The notes under the pieces are model-generated. The model saw nothing but the letters and a program-made list of their open reading frames with translations. It was not told where the DNA came from and ran no database searches. From Halocafeteria seosinensis (lineage: Eukaryota), in assembly GCA_001687465.1 (NCBI GenBank), contig LVLI01000204.1:1-64000 (forward strand): 64,000 bases of DNA. The letters are read 5' to 3'. This document shows positions 35,648-49,100 of this stretch, piece by piece (the first letter of the stretch is position 1; each line of letters opens with the position of its first letter). Both the position numbers and the translations under genes were made by a program.

Positions 35648-37571
35648 CTGTCGATACCAGAAATAAGGGCGAAAACTTTTTCGCCCTTATTTTTGCCATC
35701 TGTGTACAAGTACTATATAGACATGGAACGAGTTGCACCGGGTGAAAAAATACACGCTTTTTATTGTGCTCAAAGGGCTTTCCAAAATTCGCATTCGTTA
35801 TCGAGATATGGGGTCTTCCCTGGCCACAAAACGTCGTTCACAAAGCGCCAGGGGTCAAAATTTGTGCCCCTTTGCCTCCCCTCTAGAATTCCCGGCGGAT
35901 AGCCCGGCCGGGCTTCCGCCGGGTTTCTTCTTCAAGACGTGTTTGTGAAGCTCTGGCAACTGGTCGCTAAAATTGGAATTCCAGTGGCCTGTGGCAGTAT
36001 TTACTAGCCATTTACGCCCATGCTCTGAACGGAAAACAGCTCCGTTTATCGATAATCCAGTACGATTCACTTGGGAGAAAAAAGAGCCAACTAAAAGTAC
36101 ACAGGAATGGCAAATTCCTGTTTAGAGCGTCACGCGCGCGGCTCATCGGCTACCAGTGAGGAGTTCGAGCTACATTTTCCTTCTGTTGTCAAAGCCTGGC
36201 TTACCGTAGGAATCTTGCGCGGTAATAAAACAAAACGACTGCTTCGAGGTATGTTAACTCGTCTGTCCTGGCGTTGCACGCTGCTAGTAAACTCCAGCAC
36301 CAATGCAGAGGAACTCTGGTCACACTACGAGCGGGAGACTGCCGAGTTCTACGACAGCTGGATAACGGACAAGAAGTACCGCGTCTGGAAGGTGAAGTTG
36401 TCAAAACAGGTGGCTAAACTTGGCTTTCCTGAGTTGCAACTTTCACCACCCGCCAGATCAAAGGATTATACGCCTATCATCGCAAGAGCGTTCGCCAAGG
36501 CGCTAATCACGTTTAGATACGGTGACCGAGGGCGCAAGATGATTTGGTCAGATGAGCTCACTGCGTCTCTGGTTAGTAGACAACACGTTGTCGGCAATAC
36601 AGACAAAACTTCAATTGATCATCCCATTCGAATAAAACAAATTGCTGTGAATCAGCTCGACATTGGCGAGGAACTTCGCCAGCAGGCAGCAATCATGAGT
36701 CTCAGCACCTATCGACGGCGTATGGTTGACACTCTGAACTTGAAACGGGCCAAAGCTGGTAAAGGAAAATCACTCCCAGAAAACTGGAGCAGCTTGGGGA
36801 GCAACAGGGCTTAGAAAAATAGAGGAGAATAACACTCCTCCAGCACTGCTATTCAATTTGGACGAGAGCGGGTGCAACCATCTGCTTCCGGCGAAATCTA
36901 TAAAACTCGAACATTCAATGCAGATGTAAGCGGGGACCCTCTGGTTTCGATGACAATCTCTGAACTGAGCCGTGTTCTTCACACCCGTGCGAGGGGTTTA
37001 GAAAGTCGTATCTCGTGAAACTGCTTACAGAAGCCACCCAGGAAGAAGCAAGCGAAATATCCCACTCCAACGAAGAGTTATTCGAGCCATATGCTGACGT
37101 GCTCTCCGTTATGGAACCGCGCATGTGCCAGGTGGAGGGCTTTCTGGAGGAAGACAAAAAGCGGATCCAATTATTAAAGCGGAACACAGTTTTAGTCAAA
37201 TGGTTGGGATATGAGCCTTCAGCAAGCATCTGGGAACCAATGAGACACCTCAAACAAGACTTACGTGGTGGATACAACGCGTTCTATACCATGATGTTGG
37301 AGAAACAGCGGTCGGGATCTCAAACCGGCGCTTGAGATCCCAGCCGAGGCTTTTCTCATCGGTACATAGTTGAAATGACCCGAAAATTGGAAAATATATC
37401 AAATTAACTGTGTATAATACACTTATGTTACTCATACATCCTAATAAATAGCATATGGAGGAATAATTAGGGAAAAGAAGGCAATCCCACAGTTTTCGCC
37501 CTTATTTGTGATTTTGAACTTGCCGCAACTTCAACTTGGGCAGTTTTCGCCCTTATTTCTGGTATCGACAG
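35648..37571 (+). mobile_element. Non-autonomous pogo/DDE_1-type (IS630-Tc1-mariner superfamily) DNA transposon, 1924 bp
   Basis: Perfect 30-bp TIRs CTGTCGATACCAGAAATAAGGGCGAAAACT (35648-35677 and 37542-37571), flanked by TA on both sides. Extra subterminal copies of TTTTCGCCCTTATTT lie at ~35678 and ~37493. Confidence 0.9.
36107..37335 (+). pseudogene. Frameshifted, internally deleted DDE_1/pogo-like transposase with C-terminal chromodomain
   Basis: KSLPENW, then in a shifted frame PPALLFNLDESG (first catalytic D at 36861). Most of the DDE core is missing. GFRKS is followed by the chromodomain QVEGFL...VLVKWLGYEPSASIWEPMRHL. Confidence 0.75.
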
Positions 37572-38897
37572 TATATCAAAGGAAGCCCGGCACGTACATG
37601 ATCCTATTTCGCATGATGCAGCTCGAACCCTTCTTTGAGAATCGGATCGGGTACACTACAATTCCGAAATTTAACACTGACGTCGAGGAAACCTCTCAAG
37701 TGCACTCACCTCCAGTCCTCGATGCAGGCGTGGATCCGGTCTTGAACTTTGGCGGAATTTGTACTGTGTGTGTACAGGGCCACAGGGAAATGTCCTGAAG
37801 ATCCATAGAATCGGCCGTAGCTTGGCACTGACAGGGACGTCTCACACTGGTCTCACGGACCCGATACTGTACAGGACGGCGTACACTTATCACGTGTCTT
37901 TTTAGGTCATTCTCGTTCGGGTTGAGTAAACTGCGTTGGAAATGATGAAAATATGAGACGAGACAAATCGTCGTCAATACATACCGTATAAAATACTACA
38001 TGTATAAATTACAGTCCAAAAATACTCTTCTTAATCAACTTGAACTTGAAATCACTACAGCACTTTCGTTGAATTTATTCGTGTTTGTTCGGAGGCAAGT
38101 GAAGACAAGACAAAAAAATTTTGCATTTCATAACGCAGTTTATGCACGTACATCGCTGTTTGTTCTCGTTGTAAATATATACCCCATAGTCGCTTCCAGC
38201 ACGGGAAAGTCAACTCTTTCCAAGTCACTCTTGACAATCGTCTAAGCACTACAGCGTGCTTTCGTGGCCGTGGGATAGACTATGTTTCAACTTCTCTCCG
38301 CGCAGGGACACTACTCGCTTTGTACAGGTGGACGAGGGGAATCCTACTAGGCAGCGGATGATTTTGATACGAAAAGTCAAGCTGGTGTGGGCATGCTATG
38401 GACTTAGCTTTGGACACACTACATGTAGATCCAGCGGACACTGACGGCAGAAAGCTGTCGCGTTTGTGTAATTTCAGTAAAAAGGTACGCAATGAATGAA
38501 TTTTATTGAAACAATACACATAGGGACAAATCGTTGACTAAGAATCTACAATTTGAAAACTGTATCACAGACGGTCTGTGACGGACCAGGAATTCCATAA
38601 AGCATCCCAGCTCAACCAGCTGGTGGGGACGGCAAACACCCTGAAACTTGAAGAAGATGGCTCCCTAGGAGTCCGTAGTATCCACACTTCAAATTGATAC
38701 AGCCATGTACGCAGGTTCTCTTGTCACTCGACGTGGCTGTTGAATGATTTTCTATTCTAATACGTATATTATGCCGTGGCGCTGGAGCATCCCTGTATTA
38801 GCCCCTATCTGTGTCGTGTGCGAACATCGTTAGCTGACGTGGTGGTTGGGCTGCTGCTGCATAAGTCCTCCTATAAAAAATCCATCCGATGACACTA

Positions 38898-39513
38898 TGA
38901 GGTTCGGGGTCTTTTTTACAGGCCAGCGTCTCTTAGACTCGTATATCTTTTACCGAGCGCTTCTCCTGCGCAAGCTGAACTTGCCATACAACCAACCGTG
39001 GTTCTTACGAAGGGACGCGAAAGCCACTTCAATGCAAATTGCTATGGCATCCAACATGGTCATTTTCGGAAGTATGTTGTCTTTCTTGGATAATATAAAC
39101 GAGAATACGAATTATTCGAGCGTATGTGTGTGTGAATTTCTGCAGTCGGTCTGCCAATATTCATTGCTCGCGGTTTGAAAGGTTACCATGATGGAGGCGT
39201 TCACAGCCCAAGCGAACGCTTGCTCCGTAAAGCCGAAGATGAAGCAGTTCTTGCCGTGCTGAATGAAAGGAGACGTCAGAAAGGATCCAAAGAGATGCTC
39301 ACTAAACTACCTAGCAAAAGGGATGATGAAGAGCATACTCATTCAGGCTTCTACAGGTGGTTGGCGAGATTGGTCAAAGTTGAAACCCAAGACAGTAGTA
39401 TGACGGACGGAGACAGAAGACTGCTTCCTCCATCGCGATATATCAGAGCATACCGACGAAATATGCGGGAATTGCAGAAGGACTCTCAAGGGCATACGTC
39501 TACCCGCACTTAA
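38898..39513 (+). CDS. Small uncharacterised single-pass membrane protein, two exons
   Basis: Intron 39072-39145 (GTATGT...CTGCAG) joins two ORFs and creates the hydrophobic segment MVIFGIGLPIFIA. Confidence 0.55.
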
Positions 39514-40830
39514 CCGCCAGCTCGTTTGGCACTTGTACTTGTGCCCACGGGAGCTACCTGTACCAAGAATCAACTACCGGTTCCTGATGGCTATTGGACT
39601 CTTTCCCGGGGATATGGGGAACTGCATATTGGATCAGCGTTGCGTTATGTATCGAAACTACATTTTTCTCGACTCATCCATTCCCCGTCGCAACTGTAGG
39701 TGGACATCAATCCGCAGTAGTGGGAACTGCTGTGGCAGCCTGTAGGTACTTTGTTTTCCCAAACGCTGAGGAGCAGAACGAACGACATGCAATCTTGCTA
39801 GAGTGTGAGAATTGCTTGATTACATCACGGTGGTCCACGTTGGTCATCGTCGCTTTACGGAGAGGGGTTCCCGCATTTTTCCATTTCAGTTTTGACCACA
39901 ATGTTGTCGCTTAGATTAATGCAATATAGTCCAGCACTTCAGTCTGGAGGGTTTGACGAGATTTTGGCATTGTTCACACAGATGGAGTATGGCCAAGGTA
40001 TCTTAAGAAGTGGGTCATACCCAACGTTGTAGAGAGGCTGTTGTCAATACATGCATAAACCAAGTTCTACCGTACGCATGGTTGCTCCATTTTCGAGTAG
40101 ACTGTACTAGACCAGTTCTGGCGCGTAACTTTGATACATACGGCGTCTTGCTTCCGTTTGGTACTATTCGGAGACATGTGTGAAAATTATTCAGTAACAC
40201 GTGATCACACTTCTCAGTGACTTCTGGACTTTCTGTCAACTTTCCCGCACTCTGGGTGTTGCTGCGATCAGCAATCGCAGTCTTTACACGTCATCTTTTT
40301 GAGCCGGAGAAATGCATTGTGTGGTGTCTCCATATTTCCCAGCATCTTATCAAGTTTACGAGGGGTTTGTTGATCCACAAACCCCAGCATCGTTTTTGTC
40401 TTGCACAAAGAGAAGAAGAAAGTCGAAGAAGTCATCCGTGTCTCCCAGGACATTAGGGGGATAGAGAGGGGCAGGGGAACGAATACCGTACAGCGCCCTC
40501 CCTTGTTCTCTTGCCAAAGGTATGCTGAGAAGAACTGACTCGAGTAGGAGCAGCACTTTAAGGACAAACGAATCGGTGTCGTCGACCTCTCATACATCCA
40601 CCAGCACTCTTACAGGTAGGTACGCCCAGTTACGAGAGAATGGAATCCTCGTCCCTCTTCAACAGGCGAGTAGAACACACCACCAGCAGAGGTGGTGATG
40701 GTGGTAATCATCCTCCTCCTTGTGTTTATTGGGTGTGTGTCTAGGGACGACTTTGTCACCTTGTTGGTGGTGCTTGGCTGCAGCGACAAGTGGTGCGAAA
40801 CGGGACCGGGAGCAGGATTCCGGCGAAGCC

Positions 40831-43800
40831 ATGAACCAAAGTGAACCCACCCCCAAGGAGCAGCGTACGACAGATGGAGATTCCTCTGCCGCTACAGGCT
40901 CCAACAACTCCGAGTCTGGGAATCAGACGACTCCCCTAGATGGCTCAACGGAACTAGCGAAGCGTCAAAAGGACTCAGCCACAGACGGAAGTTCAGAAAG
41001 CACCAAGAAGTTTGAGATAGTGCCATATCTCGGTCATGCAAGTCATGACAAAATCATCCGACACCATGCATTCATTTACGATGGTGAACACCCCAGTAGT
41101 AAGGACAGAACCCCTGTGACGGAAGGTAAGACGATTCACATAGAAACAAAACTAGTTGAGAACGCATTCACGAATTTGTGGTTTCTCCAGTGCTCACGTG
41201 GGGCTCCTGCGAATCAGGACAAACGATGCAAGAAGGACAGGCGTTTCTTGATTACCCATGTCCTGTCAAGGCTGAGGCTATTCAGAGCATAAATACTGTA
41301 TCTCTGTTTCTATCTGGGTCACACTGTATGCTTGTCTCAGAAAACGGCGAACTCTACGCCGCCGGCGATAACCAAGAGGGGGAGATCAGCCCAGAGAGTG
41401 AAAATACGTGTATGGTAGTACCCCGACTGATTGAAGCTCTTAGTTTGTACAAGATTGTCCAAGTTAGTTCCGGAGCCAGTCACACAGCAGCGTTGACCGC
41501 TGACCAGCAGGTAATCAGCTGGGGAAACAATGAAATGAATCAACTCGGTCACAGTGACGACAAAGTTTTCCGCGTCCAGCCACGTATTATGCGTGGAATA
41601 GAAGGAAAGTATGCGGTCCAAGTAGTGTGCGGGGACTCCCATACAGTGGTGCTTACTGCGAGTGGGGAGGTTTTCACTTGTGGAAGTAATGCTGTTGGTT
41701 CAACGGGGCACGGGGAATTCCGTGGCAATAAGGGCGAACTAACTAAAGTGGAAGGTCTCCGGGGTATTCCTATCTCGCAAGTGTCGGCGGGGGGACATCA
41801 CACCATAGCCTGCTCTGTTTCTGGACTAGTTTATTGTTGGGGTCGAAATCGCTTTGGTCAACTCGGGCTAGGAACGAAGCGCTACCCTCACGCAGTGTTT
41901 GAACCCAAGCGCGTTGACTTTCCAGAAGCTATCCAGCAGGCATCAGCTGGGACAAGTCATTCTGCTTTTGTCTCCCGCAGCGGAAAGGTATACGTGTGTG
42001 GAAGGGTAAGTGAAATTCATTGGGAAGCCGTTGTGTTCTTTTGATGTGAATGCGATCATTGCAGGGCACCTCTGGGCAGCTTGGACTCGGGTGGACCGAC
42101 GACAAAGATTCAAGTGATGATGAACCTGAGTATAATCAGTCCTCCAAAGAGAATAATAACAACGGGTGTCAAGCAGAGAATGCTGGGAATGCTGCCGGCG
42201 ACAACAGCCAGGACAATAATGCTTCCCCGGTAGGGGGAGTGAAGCAATCACCGAGGAAGGCCGACTTTTTAGGTGGTCTTAAGGGTAAGTTAGCTGCGGG
42301 GAAACCACCATCGTCGAAAGAGAGTCGGAAAACGCCAAGCAGCATCGTTGCCACCGACGCTGTGACACAGCGGGAAGAAGAGGGCATTTCACTCTGTGAT
42401 CGGCTACTAAATTGGCAGGTTCTGCAACAGTTGTTGCTTAACGAGAACGGCTTCAACTCGAATCACCCGTTTGCTACGGTGGATTCTCCTCATCTTGTTC
42501 GCGGCTTGGCGGGCTTTAGTGCTCGCGAAGTGTCATGTGGAGATCGACATACTATTGTCCTAACGATGGATGGAAATGTGTTTGCTTTTGGAATGAATTC
42601 CAATGGACAGCTTGGTCTTGGAAAGGATGCCAATCATACATGGAACTATTTGAAGAAAGCTATGGATCCATGGTTAGATCATGAGACTGATGATGCATCG
42701 GAAAACCCTAAGGGATTGCCAAAATTCGTCCCTTTTCCGGTTAAAATTAATCAAATTTCTCAATATGGTGTATTCGCAGTTACTGCTGGTGGTGATACCT
42801 CGGCAGCAGTGCGAGTTATTCGCGGTAGTGTACTGTCGCATCCACCAGGGTCGCTACCTCGGGGGATTATGCATTTCCTCGATTGCATGACGTTGAAACG
42901 AATTGCCCATCACGCTGCTTCTACCCAGAACTTCAGTCCCTTAAAAAAGATTATCTGGGATATATTTGGACACTGCTCGAACCTTAGTGCATCGTTCCTC
43001 GAAAGCTGGATTTTTGCGGCAGATAGTGGGAATGATGGCGAGGGACCTAAAGAGCGGTCGGGGCCAGTGCGAAACGCCGTTGACGCGCTTGTACCGTACT
43101 CTGGCGAATGGCTTCCACGGCTAATACGAGTGAATGCTCCCGATTACGAAAAAAGTCTTAAAGACGATGAAGAGGTTCCGAGTGCGTCCACATTACGGAT
43201 TCGTGCTAATTCGGCCCCTGGTCAGAGAGGAGGAAGCCGACCATTCGACTTTAAGGCTATGCTGGAAGCTACAACTCCACGTGCTGGTGCCAATGCGCCT
43301 GGTTCCGTACCACTAGATCGCCCGCCTTCTTCCTATAGCATTCCCACACCGGGTGTTTCTAGAACTGTTTCAGAGGAACAAAGTAGGAGTCCTCCCCCAG
43401 GAGAGAACTCGGCTAGTGCCCGTGCTCGGTTGACAGAAGATACTAATATGGGAAAGGAACATGATGAGGGAATGCCACCCCTGTCCAGTGCGCACATGTC
43501 GACACAAGAAATGTTTGCCGAGTATTCCAATGTAAAGAAACAAACTGAAGAGAACGAAGACAAGAGCTCGAATAGCGATTCATCCAGTAAGGGTGGTGTA
43601 ATTGTTGAAAGGCTTAGGTATTCATCAGGAGTCGACATTCGCGGACTAGAATCTGCGTATGTGGCGATGCTACAAAGTTATGAACCCAGCGTGATCTCTA
43701 CGCTGGTCGAAGCTTTCCGGAATGTACTCTCCGAGTTGGAGGAACGGGTAAAAACGCTGACCGAGGTAGATTCGCTCAGGGTTTTCCTTCCTATCATGCT

Positions 43801-45989
43801 ATGCCCGTTGACTCAATCACCGACTGAAGAAAGTGCGGAGCTTATGGCTCGACTTTGTGCTATACTACTTGCTCTTCCAAAGCGTTCCAGAGATATCCTC
43901 ATGGGATGGATTCGGAGAGACATCCCCAGCGACATATTCGCTTCGAGGCTCGTACGGCCCATTCAGAAGCATATTTCCTACTATGTAAAGCATGCTACCC
44001 AAGGCAATGGAGCCAAACTATTGGCGTCAGCCCCCAAATTCACGGAGCAGGTGGAACGCCAAATGAAGTCGGGACACGTTTCCCGAAACTCTGCTCAGGA
44101 ATCTCAAATGCAAGCCGAGCTTACTATGAAAGATGGGATCAACGTTGTAAAGGGACTGGAACTGGCTATACGGGTGCTTCGACTCTTCTACACCCTCAAC
44201 GAGAATGTTGCTACCGCTCAGCGCCGACATGCTTCCCTCGTAGAGCTTTCTGATGAGGAGTTGGATGTGCTTCCTGGATCGATCAATAGCGTAGAAAGTA
44301 TTGCGGCTCAGACTTCGCGTCTGGAGCCCGGTTCTATTGGTTTGGCCGAGGACGCTGGTGATCAAGCAGAATCTTCTCAATTCTTATCATCCGAAATTTC
44401 TGCCACCCCCGCGAATTCGTCTTTGCACACTCAAGCCGGAGGTCTGGGAAAAGACACAGCTGGTGCTAAAGTGTGGGGAAAAATTTCTTATGAGGAATTT
44501 CACAATTACGATATCTCCAACATTCCCGACGCCCTTATTCGACGAGACTACGAAAGGTGGAGATTCTCTGGATACAAGCGAACTGTCGAGAACATCTCTC
44601 TATGCGCTTATCCGTTTTTGCTCAACGGTGATGCAAAAAGGAGAGTCTTGCATCTGGAAGCCAGATTAGCCATGAGTAGTGAAATGCGAAATGCGTTTGC
44701 TCGGAGCCTGTTCCTAGGCGCGGAATCTCCGTTCTTTGTCGTCAACATACGGCGATCTCATCTGATGGAAGATTCCCTTAATCAGATCGCTTCGGTACCA
44801 TCTCCCATGCTTAAGAAGCCGCTCAAAATAGTGTTTAGAGGAGAAGAAGGTGTCGATGCAGGAGGCGTTCAAAAGGAGTGGTTCCAAGTAAGTGGTGTTC
44901 GCGGAACGTTTTGTGTAAGCTCCCCATATTCTATTGTTTGAGCCCTGTGCAGCTTCTGGTAAGGGATCTCTTTGACATCAACTTTGGGATGTTCACGTAC
45001 AATGAGAACACGCGGCTGTTTTGGTTCAATCCGGCGTCTTCCGACACCCTTGCTGAGTATCGATTGATAGGTATGGAACGATCAAATGGTTCCTTCGGCC
45101 ACTGGTGGTAGTACTAACGTTCTTTGGTGCAGGTGTTATTCTCGGTCTGGCAATTTATAACCAGGTTCTGTTGGATGTCCATCTTCCTCAAGTAACCTAC
45201 AGGAAATTGCTTGACTATGAAGTGGGCTATGTGGACCTTCAGCAATTGAACCCTGAACTATTCTCTGGCTTTCAATATCTGCTTGATTACGAAGGAGATG
45301 ACGTAGAGGATGTCTTCTGTGTTAATTTCGAGGCGACGTATGATTACTTTGGCACAATTCAGTCTGTGGATCTCATCCCAGATGGGAAGAATACCCCTGT
45401 TACATCGTCCAACAAGCACGACTACGTCCGCAAGTATACTGACTGGGTACTCAACAGTGGCATTCAACAGCAATTTGATCACTTCCGTAAGGGATTCTTG
45501 TCGGTACTTGATGGACAAACGTTAAATATGTTCCGACCCGAAGAATTGGAACTGCTGATATGTGGAACTCCACACTTAGATTTCGAAGAATTGGAGCGAG
45601 TGACTCAGTATGATGGAGGGTATGATCGTGAGAGTGAAACGGTTAAAATGTTTTGGGGAACCATGTACGAGCTCCCTACGCGTTTACAGCGGAAATTTCT
45701 AACGTTCGTTACTGGGTGCGATAGAGTAAGTACTCCCCCTATCATTCCGATATTTTTTTTCCTTCGACGTCATAGTGAATTTTGTGTGTTACAGGCACCG
45801 ATTGGTGGGCTTAGCAAACTAAGTTTTACGATACAGAAACATGGAACTCGAGAGACGGCAGCAGAACGCCTACCTGCAGCATCCACGTGTTTCAACATCT
45901 TGTTACTGCCTGACTACGGCGACAAAGAGATGCTAAAAGATAGGCTAATGACGGCCATAACGGAGACTGAAGGTTTCGGACTCATGTAG
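40831..45989 (+). CDS. HERC-type E3 ubiquitin ligase (RCC1 repeats + HECT), multi-exon
   Basis: RCC1 repeats (VSSGASHT, VCGDSHT, WGRNRFGQLG) and a HECT domain (LKKPLKIVFRGEEGVDAGGVQKEWF, FRPEELELLICG, LPAASTCFNILLLP with the catalytic Cys). Confidence 0.95.
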
Positions 45990-46126
45990 TTGACAGCTGC
46001 GATGGTACTCACCAAACAATGGTACCTGCATTCACATTCCATATAAATTAAAAGACACAAATCGTGGGGTATTTGGGACCCTTTCGACATGCCCTGCTAG
46101 TCTAAGAGCTTTTTTATTTATTGCTA

Positions 46127-49100
46127 TCACCTGTGTTGCGTCCACTGGGATTGGGTGCGAAGCACGGATATATTTCTTTGTGTTCCGGGCGCAACGGCAT
46201 CCACAGGGTATTCCGTTTCGATTGTCTTCAATTTCTCATGGGGATAGTACACGTTATATGATTCCGACGGCACAGGCAGTTTGGAATAGAACCTTCGGAG
46301 TGACAAGCGCACAATTCCGGCTTTATCCTTTCTAAGTGGCTTCGTGAACTGGTGCAGAACCGCTGCACTAAAAATGTAGCGCGAAGGTACAAGAGTAAAC
46401 GTGAAGGACACAGTCACCATGACAATAACGAATGCACGCGTTGTCGGTGGATCCCTCCATGTGAACAAGGAATGCATTTTTTCCATAAATTCATTGGCAA
46501 CGTCAAGATTTTCAATCAGTGTACCCGTAAACGATTTTACGCGTTCAATCATCCCTCGTTTCTTGGACGTTTCGATGTTCTGGAACCGTTCTAAAGGAGC
46601 ATAACCTAGATCCATCATAGACCCTGTTAGCAATACAATGCCCGCAAGGAGCAGTAAGAAGATCGGGACAGTATACGCCATCATGTCATACCAGGGTAAC
46701 AGCAGTAGGAAGACAAAAATAACAGAAGTGAGAAGCGGCGATTCCCAGTGCAGTACGTATTGACACACACTCTGCGCCACACTTGCAGCTCGAATGTACA
46801 GCTGATTGAAAGCTACCAAATGTTTTCGAAAGTTCTGAAGACTAACATTTAACTTGGTTTCGCGCCGCTCCTGTTCGAATTTGTCGGCTCGGCAAACATA
46901 GCGAGCGCTTCTTATCAGCCACTGAGGCTCTTTCTCGCATAAAAGTTGGATCAGCGAAGGAGAATTACTCAAAGCCGCCTGCCATAATTCCTCTCTCCTA
47001 TGTATCATATCCTTTTGATATTCCTCCTTCAGGAAACGATCATCAGATGCAGCAGGGTCTCCAGCGTGGTTTGCTGAAGACACTTGATGCTTGATCCGAA
47101 CATACTCGAGGGCCATGCCACCCTTGTGCCCATACACCCAATACTGCAGCGCTTTCAAAGGGTTTAGAGTAACGGTTCCACCACTCGGCAATCTGACATA
47201 AGAGCCAGCTCCCCCCGAAGGTTCTTTGGTGGCTTTTTGTAGAGTCCGATAATAGCTGTAATATTCCGTGCATTGGAGCAGGGAGGTCACGCACCTGCCG
47301 GTGGCTTTCAGCAATGCTCTTGTGCGAATGACATTTAGCGCTGCCCAAATATTTAGACGCCTTTCCAGCATATGGTCCTCCGACAGATCTCTGGCTAGTA
47401 TCTCTTTCCATTGCTGCATCCAGCCCTTCATAGAGCGCTCCTTCTCTCCGCTCCTCTTGCTTACCAAAGCCCGAACACCACTATGAGCTGTAGACGACGA
47501 GCATAAGATCGTATGATGCTTTCTTATCTTGTTAGCCGCGAGCATCTCCTTTAAAATCTCAGCGACGACCCTTCGTCGCCCACCTGCTCTTTCCTCCCCT
47601 CGAGTAAGAAGCGTGTCCTTCATATGAGAAAACATGAAGGTTGCGGAGGGGAGCACCTGGCCAGAGCAATTGATTTCTTTGCTAGATAGAACTGCGATAA
47701 GAGTCGTGGTCACTTCGGGCAAAACTTCATTGACGGCATCCTCACCAACATTCAGGCATACTTTGAGATCGTTATCCACCTCGTCAGTGAAGCGTAGGTG
47801 TTTGCGGCGTGAGCATTCTCTTCGAAAAAAATTTGAATCACTTTGATCGCGGGTGCTAGTGTCAAGACGTTGACAATACCAATTACCCAACTCGATAATC
47901 CCGTGAAATAGCGATATCTGGGTTTTCTCAAGTGTTTCCGCAAATTGCTGTAATTCCTTACGCCACTCTTCTGCTTGAGTTCTCGACAAGCAATGACCAT
48001 CTGCCTTCGCGATCCTCCCTGCCGCAGTTAGCAGGCTTTGGGTTTGGGTAAATTCTTCGTTGCCGCATCCAATCCTCCGGATTTCACATGATCTCATATG
48101 CAGCCCACAGTCATCGACCCCCTTGAGACTAAGAGACTTTTCTACTGTGCAGTAGTCTACCTCGCTAACCGAGCGAAGAGGAAAACATATGATTTCTTGC
48201 TTGCTGGGTAGAAAGAACACGTTCTGATCAGTTATGTACGCCGTTCCACTGAGACGGACACTACCGTATCCTTTTGAATAGACACTATCCTCGGTAGCTG
48301 AGTATTGACGAGCATTTTTCGGCGGTAGTCGGCTGCTATTGCGAATATCTATTTCTTCCAGACTGTCAAGTTCATCGTTCGCCTGCGAGTGGCGAGTCGC
48401 GGAAGAAATGGGAGGAGATGCTAGGGGCTCGTGTGGAAGGGTGACGAACGTTCCTTCACTGCGGGATCCAAAGTCGGCCGCCGACTCTTCCCTTATTAGT
48501 TGTTCCATAGGCTCATCTTCATTTAGGCGATACGGTTCACATACTTGCCCAAAGTGGTTCAAAACATGTTTGACAGAGTCCGTAATATCTCTATTTAGAC
48601 CAGCTGGAATGTATGAGCATTCTTCCCGTAAGATCTTTGCCACATGAAAAAGTCTGTTAGAGGCTGCTCTTCGATCGCTAGCAAGTTGTAGTAGAATATC
48701 ACGCAGAACTACAGGGGGGATCATCATGATGAACGGGAGTCTGACAGAAAATAACTTTTCGCGCGCCCGTGTGTGCTGGGCATGGACATTAACTATCACA
48801 TCATGCGGAGAATAAGATCCTCTCGAAAACAAGTCTCGGATCCCCATGGCAGCATCAAGTTGAAGGAATGGATTCCGTGGTGGATTAATTCGCACCGACA
48901 TGGAGAGGTGCATGTACTCTTCTATTCGAACGCACAGTTCTGTAGATGCCAAATCCAGTCTATGCCGCAGCCACTCCCAACCAGAGTGTTGTGAGATAAT
49001 GGACCGCTCTATTGCTGACACATAGCGAGTGAAAGGCTCTGCTGTCAGTACCCGTTCAAAGCGGTCGATCCTGTTGGCAGGATTCGCCCAAGACTCCACT

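Noticed and set aside
30806..38578. One large TIR element spanning the whole island (CAGACCGT...ACGGTCTG)
   Set aside because: The match is only 8 bp, the flanks differ (TA versus TG), and the right copy is part of its own local palindrome.
39530..40660. Short ORFs between the small membrane protein gene and HERC
   Set aside because: I could not build a consistent spliced model or recognise a domain.
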